A DNA stretch of 64,000 nt, from positions 8,668-72,667 of the forward strand of contig CAZGQV010000003.1 in NCBI GenBank assembly GCA_964527365.1, given 5' to 3'. The notes under the pieces were generated by a model. It was not told the DNA's origin and ran no database searches. It was given only the letters and a program-made list of their open reading frames with translations. Made by a program: the position numbers and the translations under genes. Within the stretch, counting starts at the first letter, position 1, and the number at the start of each line of letters is the position of its first letter. The stretch is from Candidatus Woesearchaeota archaeon. Its GTDB lineage: Archaea; Nanobdellota; Nanobdellia; Pacearchaeales; GW2011-AR1. Below, one piece after another: positions 20,143 through 29,531 of the stretch.

Positions 20143-20775
20143 TTAAAGTTTCCTCCAATTTATCAACGCAAAAATAAACAAAGCTAAAATTCCACCAGCA
20201 AGAAACCACACCCACATTGGACTTGGAGTATTTTGAATTAAAACATCCCCTGCATGAACACTAGCATCAGCAATTTGGGGGGCAGAAGCAAATTCTCTCC
20301 CTATTGATTCAATATCCATTTTTTGAACAAGATTATTAGAAACACTATCAGTCAGAACTTGTGGAACGGCTTTGATTTTTCCATAAACATAACTTGCAAA
20401 AGTCCCAACACCAACAATCATAAAAGCAGGAAGTAAACTTTTGAATTTATTTGAAATAGTAGAACCTTTGGGGGAAATAATTATTGATTTATTACTTAAT
20501 TCATATAAAACAATTCTTCGTCCCTTTTTACTCCAGAAAAATTTCTGCTTTTTTTGAATCAATTCAGCAGCAAGTAATTTTTTGATATTATAATCAACTG
20601 TGTTCATTGGAATATTAAGCCCATCAGACATGTCTTTTGCACTTGATCCATCATGCTTCGCTAAATAATCAATAAACTTCTTTGAAGTCTCACTACCCAA
20701 GACATCCGCGAGTTTCTTGGCCCTGCTGTCATCCAAGGAAATTAACATAAAACTTTCTTCACCCATATCAACCAT
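20143..20775 (-). CDS. Membrane-anchored ArsR-like HTH regulator
   Basis: LADVLGSETSKK, NTVDYNIKKL, WSKKGR, then two TM segments. Confidence 0.8.
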   Translation of the reverse strand: MVDMGEESFMLISLDDSRAKKLADVLGSETSKKFIDYLAKHDGSSAKDMSDGLNIPMNTVDYNIKKLLAAELIQKKQKFFWSKKGRRIVLYELSNKSIIISPKGSTISNKFKSLLPAFMIVGVGTFASYVYGKIKAVPQVLTDSVSNNLVQKMDIESIGREFASAPQIADASVHAGDVLIQNTPSPMWVWFLAGGILALFIFALINWRKL

Positions 20776-20805
20776 TAGAATTTAATATTTATAAAAGATA
20801 CGAAG

Positions 20806-20825
20806 ACTTCAAGGATAATTGAAGT
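20806..20825. promoter_or_regulatory. Inverted repeat ACTTCAA-GGATAA-TTGAAGT, putative operator
   Basis: Perfect 7-6-7 palindrome beside the TATA box of the HTH-TM gene. Confidence 0.5.
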
Positions 20826-20826
20826 T

Positions 20827-21138
20827 ATGAGTATAAATTCTTATAAAGAAAAAAAGATACATAAAAATATGGAAAAAATATCAGAATTTAGAAAATTGAT
20901 GGAAAAAGAGAAATTAAATAGACAATTAAGTAAAATAGAGATAATTCTTCAAAATTTCAATGAAAATAAAAATGGTCCAATCACTCCAGGAGATTTATTA
21001 GAAGAATTTCAAAGTTATAATCGTATAGCACAAAATATTAAAAATGAATGTGGGATTGAATTTGAAGATTTACAAAAAAAATATAATTTATTATATGGGT
21101 CTGCTCCGGAAGAGATGGCAGAAGAATATTTTAATTAA
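20827..21138 (+). CDS. Hypothetical protein
   Basis: ORF; the true start may be the Met at codon 15. Confidence 0.45.
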   Translation: MSINSYKEKKIHKNMEKISEFRKLMEKEKLNRQLSKIEIILQNFNENKNGPITPGDLLEEFQSYNRIAQNIKNECGIEFEDLQKKYNLLYGSAPEEMAEEYFN

Positions 21139-21165
21139 TTCTGAATTAATTTTTTAATAATTTGG

Positions 21166-21417
21166 CTAAACAAATCCTTCAATATTTTTACTGGGATTAC
21201 CTATTGAAACAGGGATTTTACAACCTGTTTTTACATTTTCCCAAGTTTCATCATCATCAATTTTAGACCATAAATTATAATGTTTATTATAACTCCACCA
21301 CCTTTGACCACAATTAGCAACATATGTTTTTTGGGAAGAACTTATTCCCATTCCTTCAATTTTTTCCTTATTCTCACTATGAGAATACTGTAAAATATGA
21401 CATTCTGAACAACTCAT
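21166..21417 (-). CDS. Hypothetical Cys/Trp-containing protein
   Basis: CSECH N-terminus, CGQRWW. Confidence 0.55.
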   Translation of the reverse strand: MSCSECHILQYSHSENKEKIEGMGISSSQKTYVANCGQRWWSYNKHYNLWSKIDDDETWENVKTGCKIPVSIGNPSKNIEGFV

Positions 21418-21607
21418 AAAAAATAAAATTTAATCTCATTTAAATAAATGCCTATAAATATCAAACCAAAACCCATAAAAACTCAACAAACCTCAAATTA
21501 ACATGACAACTTGGAGTTATCTTCATCATTAGAAAAGATATTCTTAGTCGTAACTCAAATTCTAAAAAAACTTATAAATGTCCCTCATTTGAATTAAATG
21601 TAATTAT

Positions 21608-21680
21608 GGCGGTTTTCGTATAGTGGTTATTACACGTGGTTGTGGTCCGCGAAACGGGGGTTCGATTCCCCCATTCCGCT
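21608..21680 (+). tRNA. tRNA-His(GUG) with encoded G-1, no intron, no encoded CCA
   Basis: Cloverleaf: D arm GTAT-AGTGGTTA-TTAC, anticodon stem CGTGG/CCGCG with loop TTGTGGT, T arm GGGGG-TTCGATT-CCCCC, acceptor GCGGTTT/ATTCCGC. Confidence 0.9.
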
Positions 21681-21690
21681 TCGAATGAAT

Positions 21691-21729
21691 TGGATGAGTG
21701 GTCAAATCTTTGATTTGATCCTCATTCCA
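21691..21729 (+). terminator. Long hairpin downstream of tRNA-His (terminator or processing signal)
   Basis: TGGATGAG..GTCAAATC-TTT-GATTTGAT.CTCATTCCA. Confidence 0.45.
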
Positions 21730-21797
21730 TCTTCCCCCATAATATTTTTTTCAAATAAATAAATTAAATTTATAACTAAACAATACCTAATAAAAAA

Positions 21798-22976
21798 ATG
21801 GAAACACTAAATAAAAAATCAAAGATTTCTAATTCGCCAACAAACCAAGGCGAATTAGTGAAAGGATTCAAAGACATCACAGGAATGGAAGCACAAAAAT
21901 TTGCATTAATAAGAAAAGTAGCGGAGCAAACTTTTGAAAAATACAACTTTCAAGAAATTGAAACACCAATAATTGAATACGAAGATTTCGTTAAAGGAGA
22001 AAATTCAAACGAAGAAACAATTTCAGAAATATTCAAACTAGAAGACAGAGGAAAAAGAAAACTGGCTCTAAGATATGAATTCACTTTCCAACTAAAAAGA
22101 TTAGCAAAACTACAAAAAATCCCCTTCAAAAGATTTCAAATAGGACCAGTATTTAGGGATGAACCAATAAGTAAAAATAGATTCAGGCAATTCACTCAAT
22201 GCGATATTGATACAATTGGCTCAACTCCAAAAGAAGAAGCAGAAATATTAACAGCAATAAAAGACATCTTGAAAGCCCTAAAAATTAAATCAACTATTTT
22301 TGTAAACAACAGAAGATTACTTAACGAAATATTGGAAGAACAAGGAATAAAAAATAAGCAAGAAACAATAAAAGAACTTGACAAACTAGATAAACTCTCA
22401 GAAAAAGAAGTGAAAGAGAATCTGAAAAAAATAGGAGCAGAAAAATTATTGGCTATTGTAAAACAACCAGAAGATTATTTCAAAAAGTATGAAGCTTACA
22501 AAGAAATTCTAGAACTAAAAAAATACTGTTCATCATATGGAATTAAAATAGAATTCCAACCAACACTTTCAAGAGGGCTTGCATATTACACAGGGAATGT
22601 ATTTGAAATGAAATCAGATATAAAAGAAACTATTTGTGGTGGGGGAACTTATGAAATTGAAGGAAAAGAATCAACTGGAATCTCATTCTCAATTGAAAGA
22701 TTAATGGCTGTTTCAAATATAATTGTGGGCATTGAAAAAATATTGGTAGTTTCCCTAAATGAAGATAAAAAAGCAATTCAATTATCAAAACAGCTTCGTC
22801 AACAAGGAAAAAATATATCAACATTCTTTGGAAAACCAAACAAGGCATTTGACTACGCAAAAGCTTACGGAATAAAGAAAATAATTTTTGTTGGTAAAAA
22901 AGAATGTGAAAAGAAAAGATTCATGATCAAAGATTTACAAACAGGCAAAGAAATAATTTTAACTGTTAAGAAATAA
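21798..22976 (+). CDS. hisS: Histidyl-tRNA synthetase
   Basis: VKGFKD, ETPIIE, LALRYEFT, GPVFRDEP..RFRQFTQCDID, RGLAYYTG, C-terminal anticodon-binding domain. Confidence 0.9.
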   Translation: METLNKKSKISNSPTNQGELVKGFKDITGMEAQKFALIRKVAEQTFEKYNFQEIETPIIEYEDFVKGENSNEETISEIFKLEDRGKRKLALRYEFTFQLKRLAKLQKIPFKRFQIGPVFRDEPISKNRFRQFTQCDIDTIGSTPKEEAEILTAIKDILKALKIKSTIFVNNRRLLNEILEEQGIKNKQETIKELDKLDKLSEKEVKENLKKIGAEKLLAIVKQPEDYFKKYEAYKEILELKKYCSSYGIKIEFQPTLSRGLAYYTGNVFEMKSDIKETICGGGTYEIEGKESTGISFSIERLMAVSNIIVGIEKILVVSLNEDKKAIQLSKQLRQQGKNISTFFGKPNKAFDYAKAYGIKKIIFVGKKECEKKRFMIKDLQTGKEIILTVKK

Positions 22977-23017
22977 ATCACAATAATTCTTAAAAACACA
23001 AAATATCTCAAGATATC

Positions 23018-23359
23018 ATGGAAGAAAACTATTTGAAAAAAGATTTACAACTTGATCTTTCCAAAAAACCTAACAACTTAAGTGAATACGAAATTTGGTT
23101 AGAAATGAAAAAAATCCTAGTGCCAATGGAACCCCCAAAAAGAGATTCTAGTGGAATTTTAATAAACTATCTTAATGAACTTAAAACATTCGATCATTTT
23201 TATTCAGTTGAAAAACATCCAAATGTATACGTTGGAAGAAAAGACAACGGTGATATAATTTCAATGAGATTCATTTCCAAAATAAGTGAGCTTGAAGAAA
23301 GAATAAATAAATTGATTGAAGGTCCATTAAATAAAATAAAAGAAAATATAAAAGTTTAA
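23018..23359 (+). CDS. Hypothetical protein
   Basis: 113-aa ORF. Confidence 0.55.
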   Translation: MEENYLKKDLQLDLSKKPNNLSEYEIWLEMKKILVPMEPPKRDSSGILINYLNELKTFDHFYSVEKHPNVYVGRKDNGDIISMRFISKISELEERINKLIEGPLNKIKENIKV

Positions 23360-23457
23360 TAATTACTAATAAAATATTTTGAAAAAATACTTTAACTTCA
23401 ACTAAATTAGAACCTTTCAACATATTTATAAAGAATTTGTCCTATCTTCTTTACACA

Positions 23458-24126
23458 ATGAAAAAAATTATTTTTTTAATAATGGTTCTTATGTGTGTAG
23501 TACCATTTGTTAATGCAGATGTTATCCCAATGGATTCACATCCTTTGTCAAAATGTGTTGAAATTGTAAATTTAAATAATTTTTCCGATGCCTACATAAT
23601 TGGTTATATTACTGGTCCAATGGTTGAAGATTATGAAACTTATTTTATTGGACAAAATGAATGTTTAACAAGTGGTTATAAATTTAATACCTTAAAAATA
23701 ATTGCTGCAAAAAAATCTTATGTTGATTCAATAGGTATAAAGAATATTGATATTAGCAATGAAAATATATTTGTTTCTGAAGAAAAAATTAATCCTTATG
23801 GAGGGTATGTTAATGAAAATGACCCCCTTATTAATTTAAAAATAGAATATTCTATTCAAGGTTTTTTAGATGGTAAACTAATATTGTATAAATCAAAAAA
23901 AACTTCTGAATACAATAATGGAACACCAAAAAAAGTAGAAACATATGAAAAATCAAATATTCAAAATATTAGATTAAATATTGGGGAGATAAATAATTCT
24001 GAACCAACACCAAAACTAACTCCAAAAATTTCTCCAGAACAAATCCCAGAACCAAAAAGTTTTTTGAATAAATTTGTATGGTTCTTCAAAGGATTATTTG
24101 GTAAAAATTGTGAAAATGATATATGA
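23458..24126 (+). CDS. Secreted protein with Pro-rich linker and amphipathic C-terminus
   Basis: Signal peptide MKKIIFLI..VNA/DVIP; PTPKLTP linker; SFLNKFVWFFKGLFG. Confidence 0.7.
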   Translation: MKKIIFLIMVLMCVVPFVNADVIPMDSHPLSKCVEIVNLNNFSDAYIIGYITGPMVEDYETYFIGQNECLTSGYKFNTLKIIAAKKSYVDSIGIKNIDISNENIFVSEEKINPYGGYVNENDPLINLKIEYSIQGFLDGKLILYKSKKTSEYNNGTPKKVETYEKSNIQNIRLNIGEINNSEPTPKLTPKISPEQIPEPKSFLNKFVWFFKGLFGKNCENDI

Positions 24127-24460
24127 AACAAAATTTCTTTTATCTCTCTTAGTAACATTAATTATTGAAATTCCCATAATATTTTTACTTATTAAATATT
24201 TCATTAAACCAAAAAAGTTTTCAATAAAAAAAATAATTGTTGTTGGAATTATTGCTTCAACATTAACACTTCCATACTTTTGGTTTATATTAGTCGCTTA
24301 TCTCTCCCCAAATTATTACATACTATTTGGAGAAATTTTTGTAATACTTATTGAATCTTTGATCTTTAATCAAATTCTCAAGATTAAACTACACAAAGCT
24401 TTTTACATTTCATTAATAGCAAACATTTCTTCTATATTGGCAGGAATACTAATCTTCTAA
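24116..24460 (+). CDS. Four-TM membrane protein
   Basis: TLIIEIP, TLPYFW, GEIFVILIE, ANISS; overlaps the upstream stop. Confidence 0.7.
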   Translation: MIYETKFLLSLLVTLIIEIPIIFLLIKYFIKPKKFSIKKIIVVGIIASTLTLPYFWFILVAYLSPNYYILFGEIFVILIESLIFNQILKIKLHKAFYISLIANISSILAGILIF

Positions 24461-24510
24461 AAACTTTAACTCCAACAATTGATCTAAATCCAACCTCAAA
24501 AGAAACAAAA

Positions 24511-24969
24511 TTACCTAAACCAAGACCAAATCTTCAAACCAATCTTCACAAAAGTTGATTTAAATTTCTTAGTAAATGATTTACCTTTAATCTTAATCTC
24601 CCCATCACTAATTTTTTCAAGAAGAGTATCCACCAAAGCTTCACTTTCATAAATATCAAATAAAGTTGCCTCACTTTCAATTAAAATATCATAAGTAGCA
24701 TTTTCATTTTCAATACAATCAAACTCTTCAATCATAGAATTATTTAATTCTAAAAAACCATAACTTTCTTCTGCAATATAAATATTAAAAATTTCTGTAT
24801 TAAATGGAATCTGTGAAGGAATTACTTGTCCAATTATTTTATCCTTATATTGTAAAAGACTTTGACATTCAACTTGTTTAAAATTAATTTGTTCAATCTC
24901 GGCATCTTGCGCAACAACAAAAGTTAAACTTAAAATTAATGCAAAAACAAATACCATCATCTTTTTCAT
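24511..24969 (-). CDS. Secreted protein with possible SCP2-like fold
   Basis: Signal peptide from MKKMMVF; ATYDILIESEATL..DGEIKIKG; the longer ORF-track extension is likely spurious. Confidence 0.6.
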   Translation of the reverse strand: MKKMMVFVFALILSLTFVVAQDAEIEQINFKQVECQSLLQYKDKIIGQVIPSQIPFNTEIFNIYIAEESYGFLELNNSMIEEFDCIENENATYDILIESEATLFDIYESEALVDTLLEKISDGEIKIKGKSFTKKFKSTFVKIGLKIWSWFR

Positions 24970-25062
24970 AACCAAAACAAGAAAACTCCGTTTATATTCT
25001 TTTTTATCTTTCCCCCTCACTGAAAAACCATAAAATTTCCCTGTTAACCTCAAACAACTTAT

Positions 25063-25130
25063 GTTCTCCAACAGCCTGCATGAGCAGGTTCTCGTGCCGG
25101 GAACTTTGGTGAGGCGGTACAAAGGATAAC
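25063..25130. ncRNA. Candidate compact structured RNA between divergent genes
   Basis: GC-rich island with stems CCTGC/GCAGG, TTCTC/GGGAA, CCAA/TTGG and a possible pseudoknot GTGCCG/CGGTAC. Confidence 0.45.
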
Positions 25131-25186
25131 TCAATTTTTTCCCCCCAATTCCAAGAATTTTTAAACTAAAATTAACTAAGATAAAA

Positions 25187-26053
25187 ATGGTAGAAAAACT
25201 TATTGGGGGACAAGCTGTAATGGAGGGGGTAATGATGCTTAACGGTAAAAAACAAGCAATCGCAGTTAGAAACCCGGAAGGAAAAATAATTATAAAAAAA
25301 GGAGAAATTAATCCCCCACAATCAAAAATTACAAACTTGCCTTTCATAAGGGGAGTAATAAAATTAATCTACATGATGGTAATTGGAATAAGAGCATTAA
25401 ATTATTCTACAAGCATAGCTGTAGATGAAAAAGAAGAAGAGTTCACAGGTTGGAGCATGATACTATTCATGTTTTTTTCAATTGCTTTTGCATTATTTTT
25501 ATTCAAATTTTTACCATTATTAGCAACTAAATTTTTAGTTTCAAAAATAATATATTTACAAACACAAAATTTCCTCCCAAACTTAATTGATGGAATAATA
25601 AAGATTTCAATTTTTATTTTATATATTTACTTAATGACTTTATCTCAAGAAACAAAAAAATTATTCGAGTATCATGGTGCAGAACATAAAACAATTAGAT
25701 GTCAAGAATCTAAAGAAAAATTAACTCCAAAAAATGCAAAGAAATATTCAAGATTCCATCCAAGATGTGGAACATCATTTATTTTTGGAACCCTCTTAAT
25801 TAGTATTTTCGTCTACACAATAATTCCATTCAACGATGTAACTTTCTGGGAAAATCTATTGTATAGAATATTATTACTTCCAGTAATCATGGGAATTTCT
25901 TATGAAATATTAAGAATCTCTGGAAAAAATGAAAACAATTGGTTCTTTAAAATAATAACAGCTCCAGGACTTTGGATGCAAAGACTAACTACAAAGGAAC
26001 CAAATGAAAAACAACTTGAAGTTGCAATAAAATCTTTAGAAGGTGTTATGTGA
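25187..26053 (+). CDS. DUF1385 (YqhQ-like) membrane protein
   Basis: IGGQAVMEGVMM, YHGAEHK, RFHPRCGTSF, QRLTTKEP. Confidence 0.92.
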   Translation: MVEKLIGGQAVMEGVMMLNGKKQAIAVRNPEGKIIIKKGEINPPQSKITNLPFIRGVIKLIYMMVIGIRALNYSTSIAVDEKEEEFTGWSMILFMFFSIAFALFLFKFLPLLATKFLVSKIIYLQTQNFLPNLIDGIIKISIFILYIYLMTLSQETKKLFEYHGAEHKTIRCQESKEKLTPKNAKKYSRFHPRCGTSFIFGTLLISIFVYTIIPFNDVTFWENLLYRILLLPVIMGISYEILRISGKNENNWFFKIITAPGLWMQRLTTKEPNEKQLEVAIKSLEGVM

Positions 26054-26095
26054 AAAGGTTAAGAAGTTGTAGAAAAGCTTGAGTTAGTTGTTTCT

Positions 26096-26311
26096 TTATT
26101 CTACTTTTTTATAATCTTTAATTTCTGGGAAAAAATAATATAATCTATAAAGCACATCATTAGCTGCCCTCAAGGTCATTTTTTCTGGTAAACAATTTGC
26201 ACTTTGATTCTGAAGAAAATATGCATTACTCTTTTCTTGATCTACCTCATCCATCAACGCCTGTTCAAAATCTTTTAATTTATTCATTAAATTTTTTGTT
26301 TCTTTTCCCAT
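26096..26311 (-). CDS. Hypothetical protein
   Basis: 71-aa ORF with its own TATA box. Confidence 0.5.
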   Translation of the reverse strand: MGKETKNLMNKLKDFEQALMDEVDQEKSNAYFLQNQSANCLPEKMTLRAANDVLYRLYYFFPEIKDYKKVE

Positions 26312-26369
26312 AATTAATTAATTTTTTAGTAGATTATAAATATTATTGTGATAAGGTTAAGAGATTATC

Positions 26370-27452
26370 TTAGTTTAAAATATCATATCCTTTCATCAAA
26401 AGAATTTTCCTAACAGCATCATCAATTTGTTGCTCATTTATTTCACCAATTAAAACTTTCTCTTCTAATTTTTCTAAGATATTTTTTAATTGTTTATCTG
26501 TAATATAGAAATCCAAAATTAACTCTTCCCCAGAATTAATTAAATCCACATAAAGATCAATTTTATCTGGATAAAAGGAATGTAATCCTTCCATATTTAT
26601 TTCATCCGCAACAATTAATCCTTCAAATTCGGAAAGAGTACCTAAAACCCCTGGAGAAACTGTTGAAGGTCCCCCACTTGAATCTATCAATCCCTTAGAA
26701 ATCTGATGACTAACCATAATAGCTGAAACATTTTTTTTTATACAATTCTCAAAAATAAGTAAATCCTCTTCTCCAATTATTTGTGTATCTGTTTCCTCAT
26801 GCAAATTTTTCAATAAAGATTTTCCCGGATAATGTTTACATGTACCAAAAATATTTTCTTGTAATCCTTCAACATATGCTTCAACTTTTTCATTAATTTG
26901 ATCAACTTCTCCAGAAAAAACTCTCCCCCCATAAGCCAAATCTTTATATTCGGCAACAGGAGCAAAATTTAGATTAAACCCAATGGATTTTAGCAACTCT
27001 CCTTGTTTTAATCCAACCTCATATGCTTCCAAACTTGAATTTATTTCATTAAAAGGAGGAAATTTTTGATTTTCTTGAACATTTTTTCTAAAGGGAGTCC
27101 AAGCACCCTCCATATCTGTAGCAACAAATAATTTTATTTTGGAATCTTTTTGATATATTGAAATTAATTCCACATAAGCTTCTTGAGAATTTTGTCTATC
27201 TAAAAATATTCCCCCAATATTAAGGGAATTATAATCAAGGTCTTTTTTATCCCCTCTAACCATAATCATTTGAGAAATTTTCTGTTGTAACGTTAAACTA
27301 GCTATATCTATTGTATTCCCTTCGATAAAAATATTATCTGTATTGCCAAAATCTTTGTCAATAAAAAAGATTCCAACCAGAATTAATATTAAAATTAAAA
27401 CTAATGCTATCTTAAAATTTGATGATCGCATTACCTGTAATAGATTTTTCAT
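26370..27452 (-). CDS. Glycoside hydrolase family 3 N-terminal domain protein (NagZ-like) with N-terminal TM
   Basis: LTLQQKISQM, VATDMEG, GFNLNFAPV, KHYPG, IMVSH, IVADEINM. Confidence 0.8.
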   Translation of the reverse strand: MKNLLQVMRSSNFKIALVLILILILVGIFFIDKDFGNTDNIFIEGNTIDIASLTLQQKISQMIMVRGDKKDLDYNSLNIGGIFLDRQNSQEAYVELISIYQKDSKIKLFVATDMEGAWTPFRKNVQENQKFPPFNEINSSLEAYEVGLKQGELLKSIGFNLNFAPVAEYKDLAYGGRVFSGEVDQINEKVEAYVEGLQENIFGTCKHYPGKSLLKNLHEETDTQIIGEEDLLIFENCIKKNVSAIMVSHQISKGLIDSSGGPSTVSPGVLGTLSEFEGLIVADEINMEGLHSFYPDKIDLYVDLINSGEELILDFYITDKQLKNILEKLEEKVLIGEINEQQIDDAVRKILLMKGYDILN

Positions 27453-28461
27453 TTTTCTCCTTCGTTATATAATCATAAAATTCTTTATATGTCATAGATT
27501 TTGCACCATCTTCTTTAACATATTTCAAAAATAAATCTAAATCTTCTAATTTTTCTTCTGAATCAAAAGTATTTTGGTGCAATTGAATAATAAAAAGATT
27601 TTCTTTTTTATAACTTTTAATCCAATCTTCATATTCCGTATGTCTAAAATCTTTAGCATACCAACCATAATGGTAAATTGGGTCATACCCCCTAGGGGTA
27701 ATTATTACATTTTCATCAAAATAAGCTTTTGGAACATGAGTATTTCCAATAATTGTAAAACCTGCTTTCTTAACATTTTCATATTGTTCAGTTGTCCAAG
27801 CATTTCCTGGAGGAAAATAACTATGGATTGATATTCCAAAAATATTTTCAATTTCTCTTTTTCCTTGGAAAATATTGTACCAAACTTCTTCATAAGCCGG
27901 ACAATAAAATGAATTTCTACAATGATTATATCCGTGCATCCCCACTTCATAACCCTTATCTAAAACCTCTTCTATATACTCCACCATTTCAGGATCTTCC
28001 CTTAAAGGAAAATTTTCTCCTGTTTGTTCTACAAAAATATATGGGGTAACACCTATTGTTGCGATAAATCCATATTTATCAATTATATCTGTAACTTGTT
28101 TGTATCTCTCAAGATCATATCCAAAAGGTCCCAGGTATTCTTCTGTATCTTGCATATTCCACCAATCATCTAATTCAATAATAATTATTTTTTCTTGAAC
28201 TTTAACACTAGTTTGATGATCCAACCTCGCTCCAATAAAGAAAAAAACAAGAAACGCAATAAAAAAAATCATTACAAGAAAAACTAAAATTTTTCTAACA
28301 ATTTTTTTCTTTATTTTAATTTTCTTTTTTAAATTTTCAAAAAAGTTAATTCTTTTTAATATATAAAATAAAAGAAAAATTATGGCTAATATCAAGAACA
28401 AATAACCTAGTTTACTAATAATTGCAGATTGAGTTAATTCATAATGTATTGTCCAAACCAT
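27412..28461 (-). CDS. Membrane-anchored polysaccharide deacetylase (DUF2334/NodB-like)
   Basis: Two TMs, IIELDD, EVGMHGYNH, YFPPGN, IIQLH. Confidence 0.8.
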   Translation of the reverse strand: MVWTIHYELTQSAIISKLGYLFLILAIIFLLFYILKRINFFENLKKKIKIKKKIVRKILVFLVMIFFIAFLVFFFIGARLDHQTSVKVQEKIIIIELDDWWNMQDTEEYLGPFGYDLERYKQVTDIIDKYGFIATIGVTPYIFVEQTGENFPLREDPEMVEYIEEVLDKGYEVGMHGYNHCRNSFYCPAYEEVWYNIFQGKREIENIFGISIHSYFPPGNAWTTEQYENVKKAGFTIIGNTHVPKAYFDENVIITPRGYDPIYHYGWYAKDFRHTEYEDWIKSYKKENLFIIQLHQNTFDSEEKLEDLDLFLKYVKEDGAKSMTYKEFYDYITKEKNEKSITGNAIIKF

Positions 28462-28574
28462 ATTATTAAGAGATTATCTTAATTTAAAAAAATTACTTTT
28501 ATCTGTCTTGATTTGATTCTTAGAAGTTGTAGAAATTGCAGAATAGGTTGAATTAATTAGTTATTTGGAATTTA

Positions 28575-29081
28575 CTAAAGAGAACATTCATAAATTTCTG
28601 GAATACTTGATTCTAAAATATTTCCTTCTTTATCTACTCTAAATATTAGTTCGGCTGCATTTGAAGGCCTATCATTACGTCCAGCAATCCTATGAATTTT
28701 AGATGTTATTAAATAATATTCTCCTTTATCTTCAACCATATATTTATATCCCCCAGATCCCCCCTCATCGAAACTTTCAACATAAACATAATTTTGATCT
28801 TCCAATTCTCCTGAATAAGAACCCCCACAAATAACACAATGTGGATATGTTGCAGCCCCATCCAAATCTTGACAATATGATTGTATTTCTGGTTTAACTA
28901 TTTCTAAAATTTGTTCCTGATAATATTGCTCTTTTATTTCTTTTAGTTGTTCATCGGTTAAATCTAACTTATGAGAATTAGCTATGAACACATTACTTAA
29001 TAAAAACCAAATTGATATTGCTAAAACAATAATTCCAATTGTCCAATAAATTGCTCCTCTTTTCATAGGTGTTATAATCAA
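28575..29081 (-). CDS. Exported hypothetical protein
   Basis: N-terminal TM, several Cys. Confidence 0.6.
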   Translation of the reverse strand: MIITPMKRGAIYWTIGIIVLAISIWFLLSNVFIANSHKLDLTDEQLKEIKEQYYQEQILEIVKPEIQSYCQDLDGAATYPHCVICGGSYSGELEDQNYVYVESFDEGGSGGYKYMVEDKGEYYLITSKIHRIAGRNDRPSNAAELIFRVDKEGNILESSIPEIYECSL

Positions 29082-29168
29082 AAAACCTTTATAATTTTAC
29101 CGCACAAAAACAAAATCCCAGCATATCTGCACTAAATAAAAAAACTAACAATCTTACTTCCCAACTAA

Positions 29169-29513
29169 TTATTTACCAACAGTAGTATAAAACTTACTAT
29201 ATTCGTCATCGTCTTCATCAGGTTCTCGTCTTTCAAAACGTGGTCTTCCGCCTCTATCTGGCCTTTCCTTTTCTTCAGCAATACTAACTGTTATCTTTCT
29301 ACCATCCATTTCCTTTTCATGCATTTCTTCTACTGCTTTAGCTGCAGCATCTTCATCAATAAAAGTTACAAAACCAAATCCTTTACTTCGATTAGTTTCT
29401 CGGTCAGTAATAACTATAACATCTTCAATATCCCCGAATCCCGAAAACATTTTTTCCAAGTCTTCCGTCTTCAGTTTGAAATTCAAATTCCCTACAAATA
29501 TCTTTTTACTCAT
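29169..29513 (-). CDS. RRM RNA-binding protein (copy 2)
   Basis: RNP2 IFVGNL, RNP1 KGFGFVTF; GGAGG SD before MSKK. Confidence 0.92.
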   Translation of the reverse strand: MSKKIFVGNLNFKLKTEDLEKMFSGFGDIEDVIVITDRETNRSKGFGFVTFIDEDAAAKAVEEMHEKEMDGRKITVSIAEEKERPDRGGRPRFERREPDEDDDEYSKFYTTVGK

Positions 29514-29531
29514 CTTAATTTTTTCCTCCAT

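Larger units (their letters stand above)
26357..28489. repeat. 24-bp direct repeat (26357-26380 and 28466-28489, 1 mismatch) bracketing the deacetylase + glycoside hydrolase pair
   Basis: ttaagagattatctta(g/a)tttaaaa. Confidence 0.7.

Noticed and set aside
24970..25347. N-terminal extension of the 278-aa minus-strand ORF
   Set aside because: It overlaps DUF1385 antisense and the structured element; the signal peptide starts at 24969
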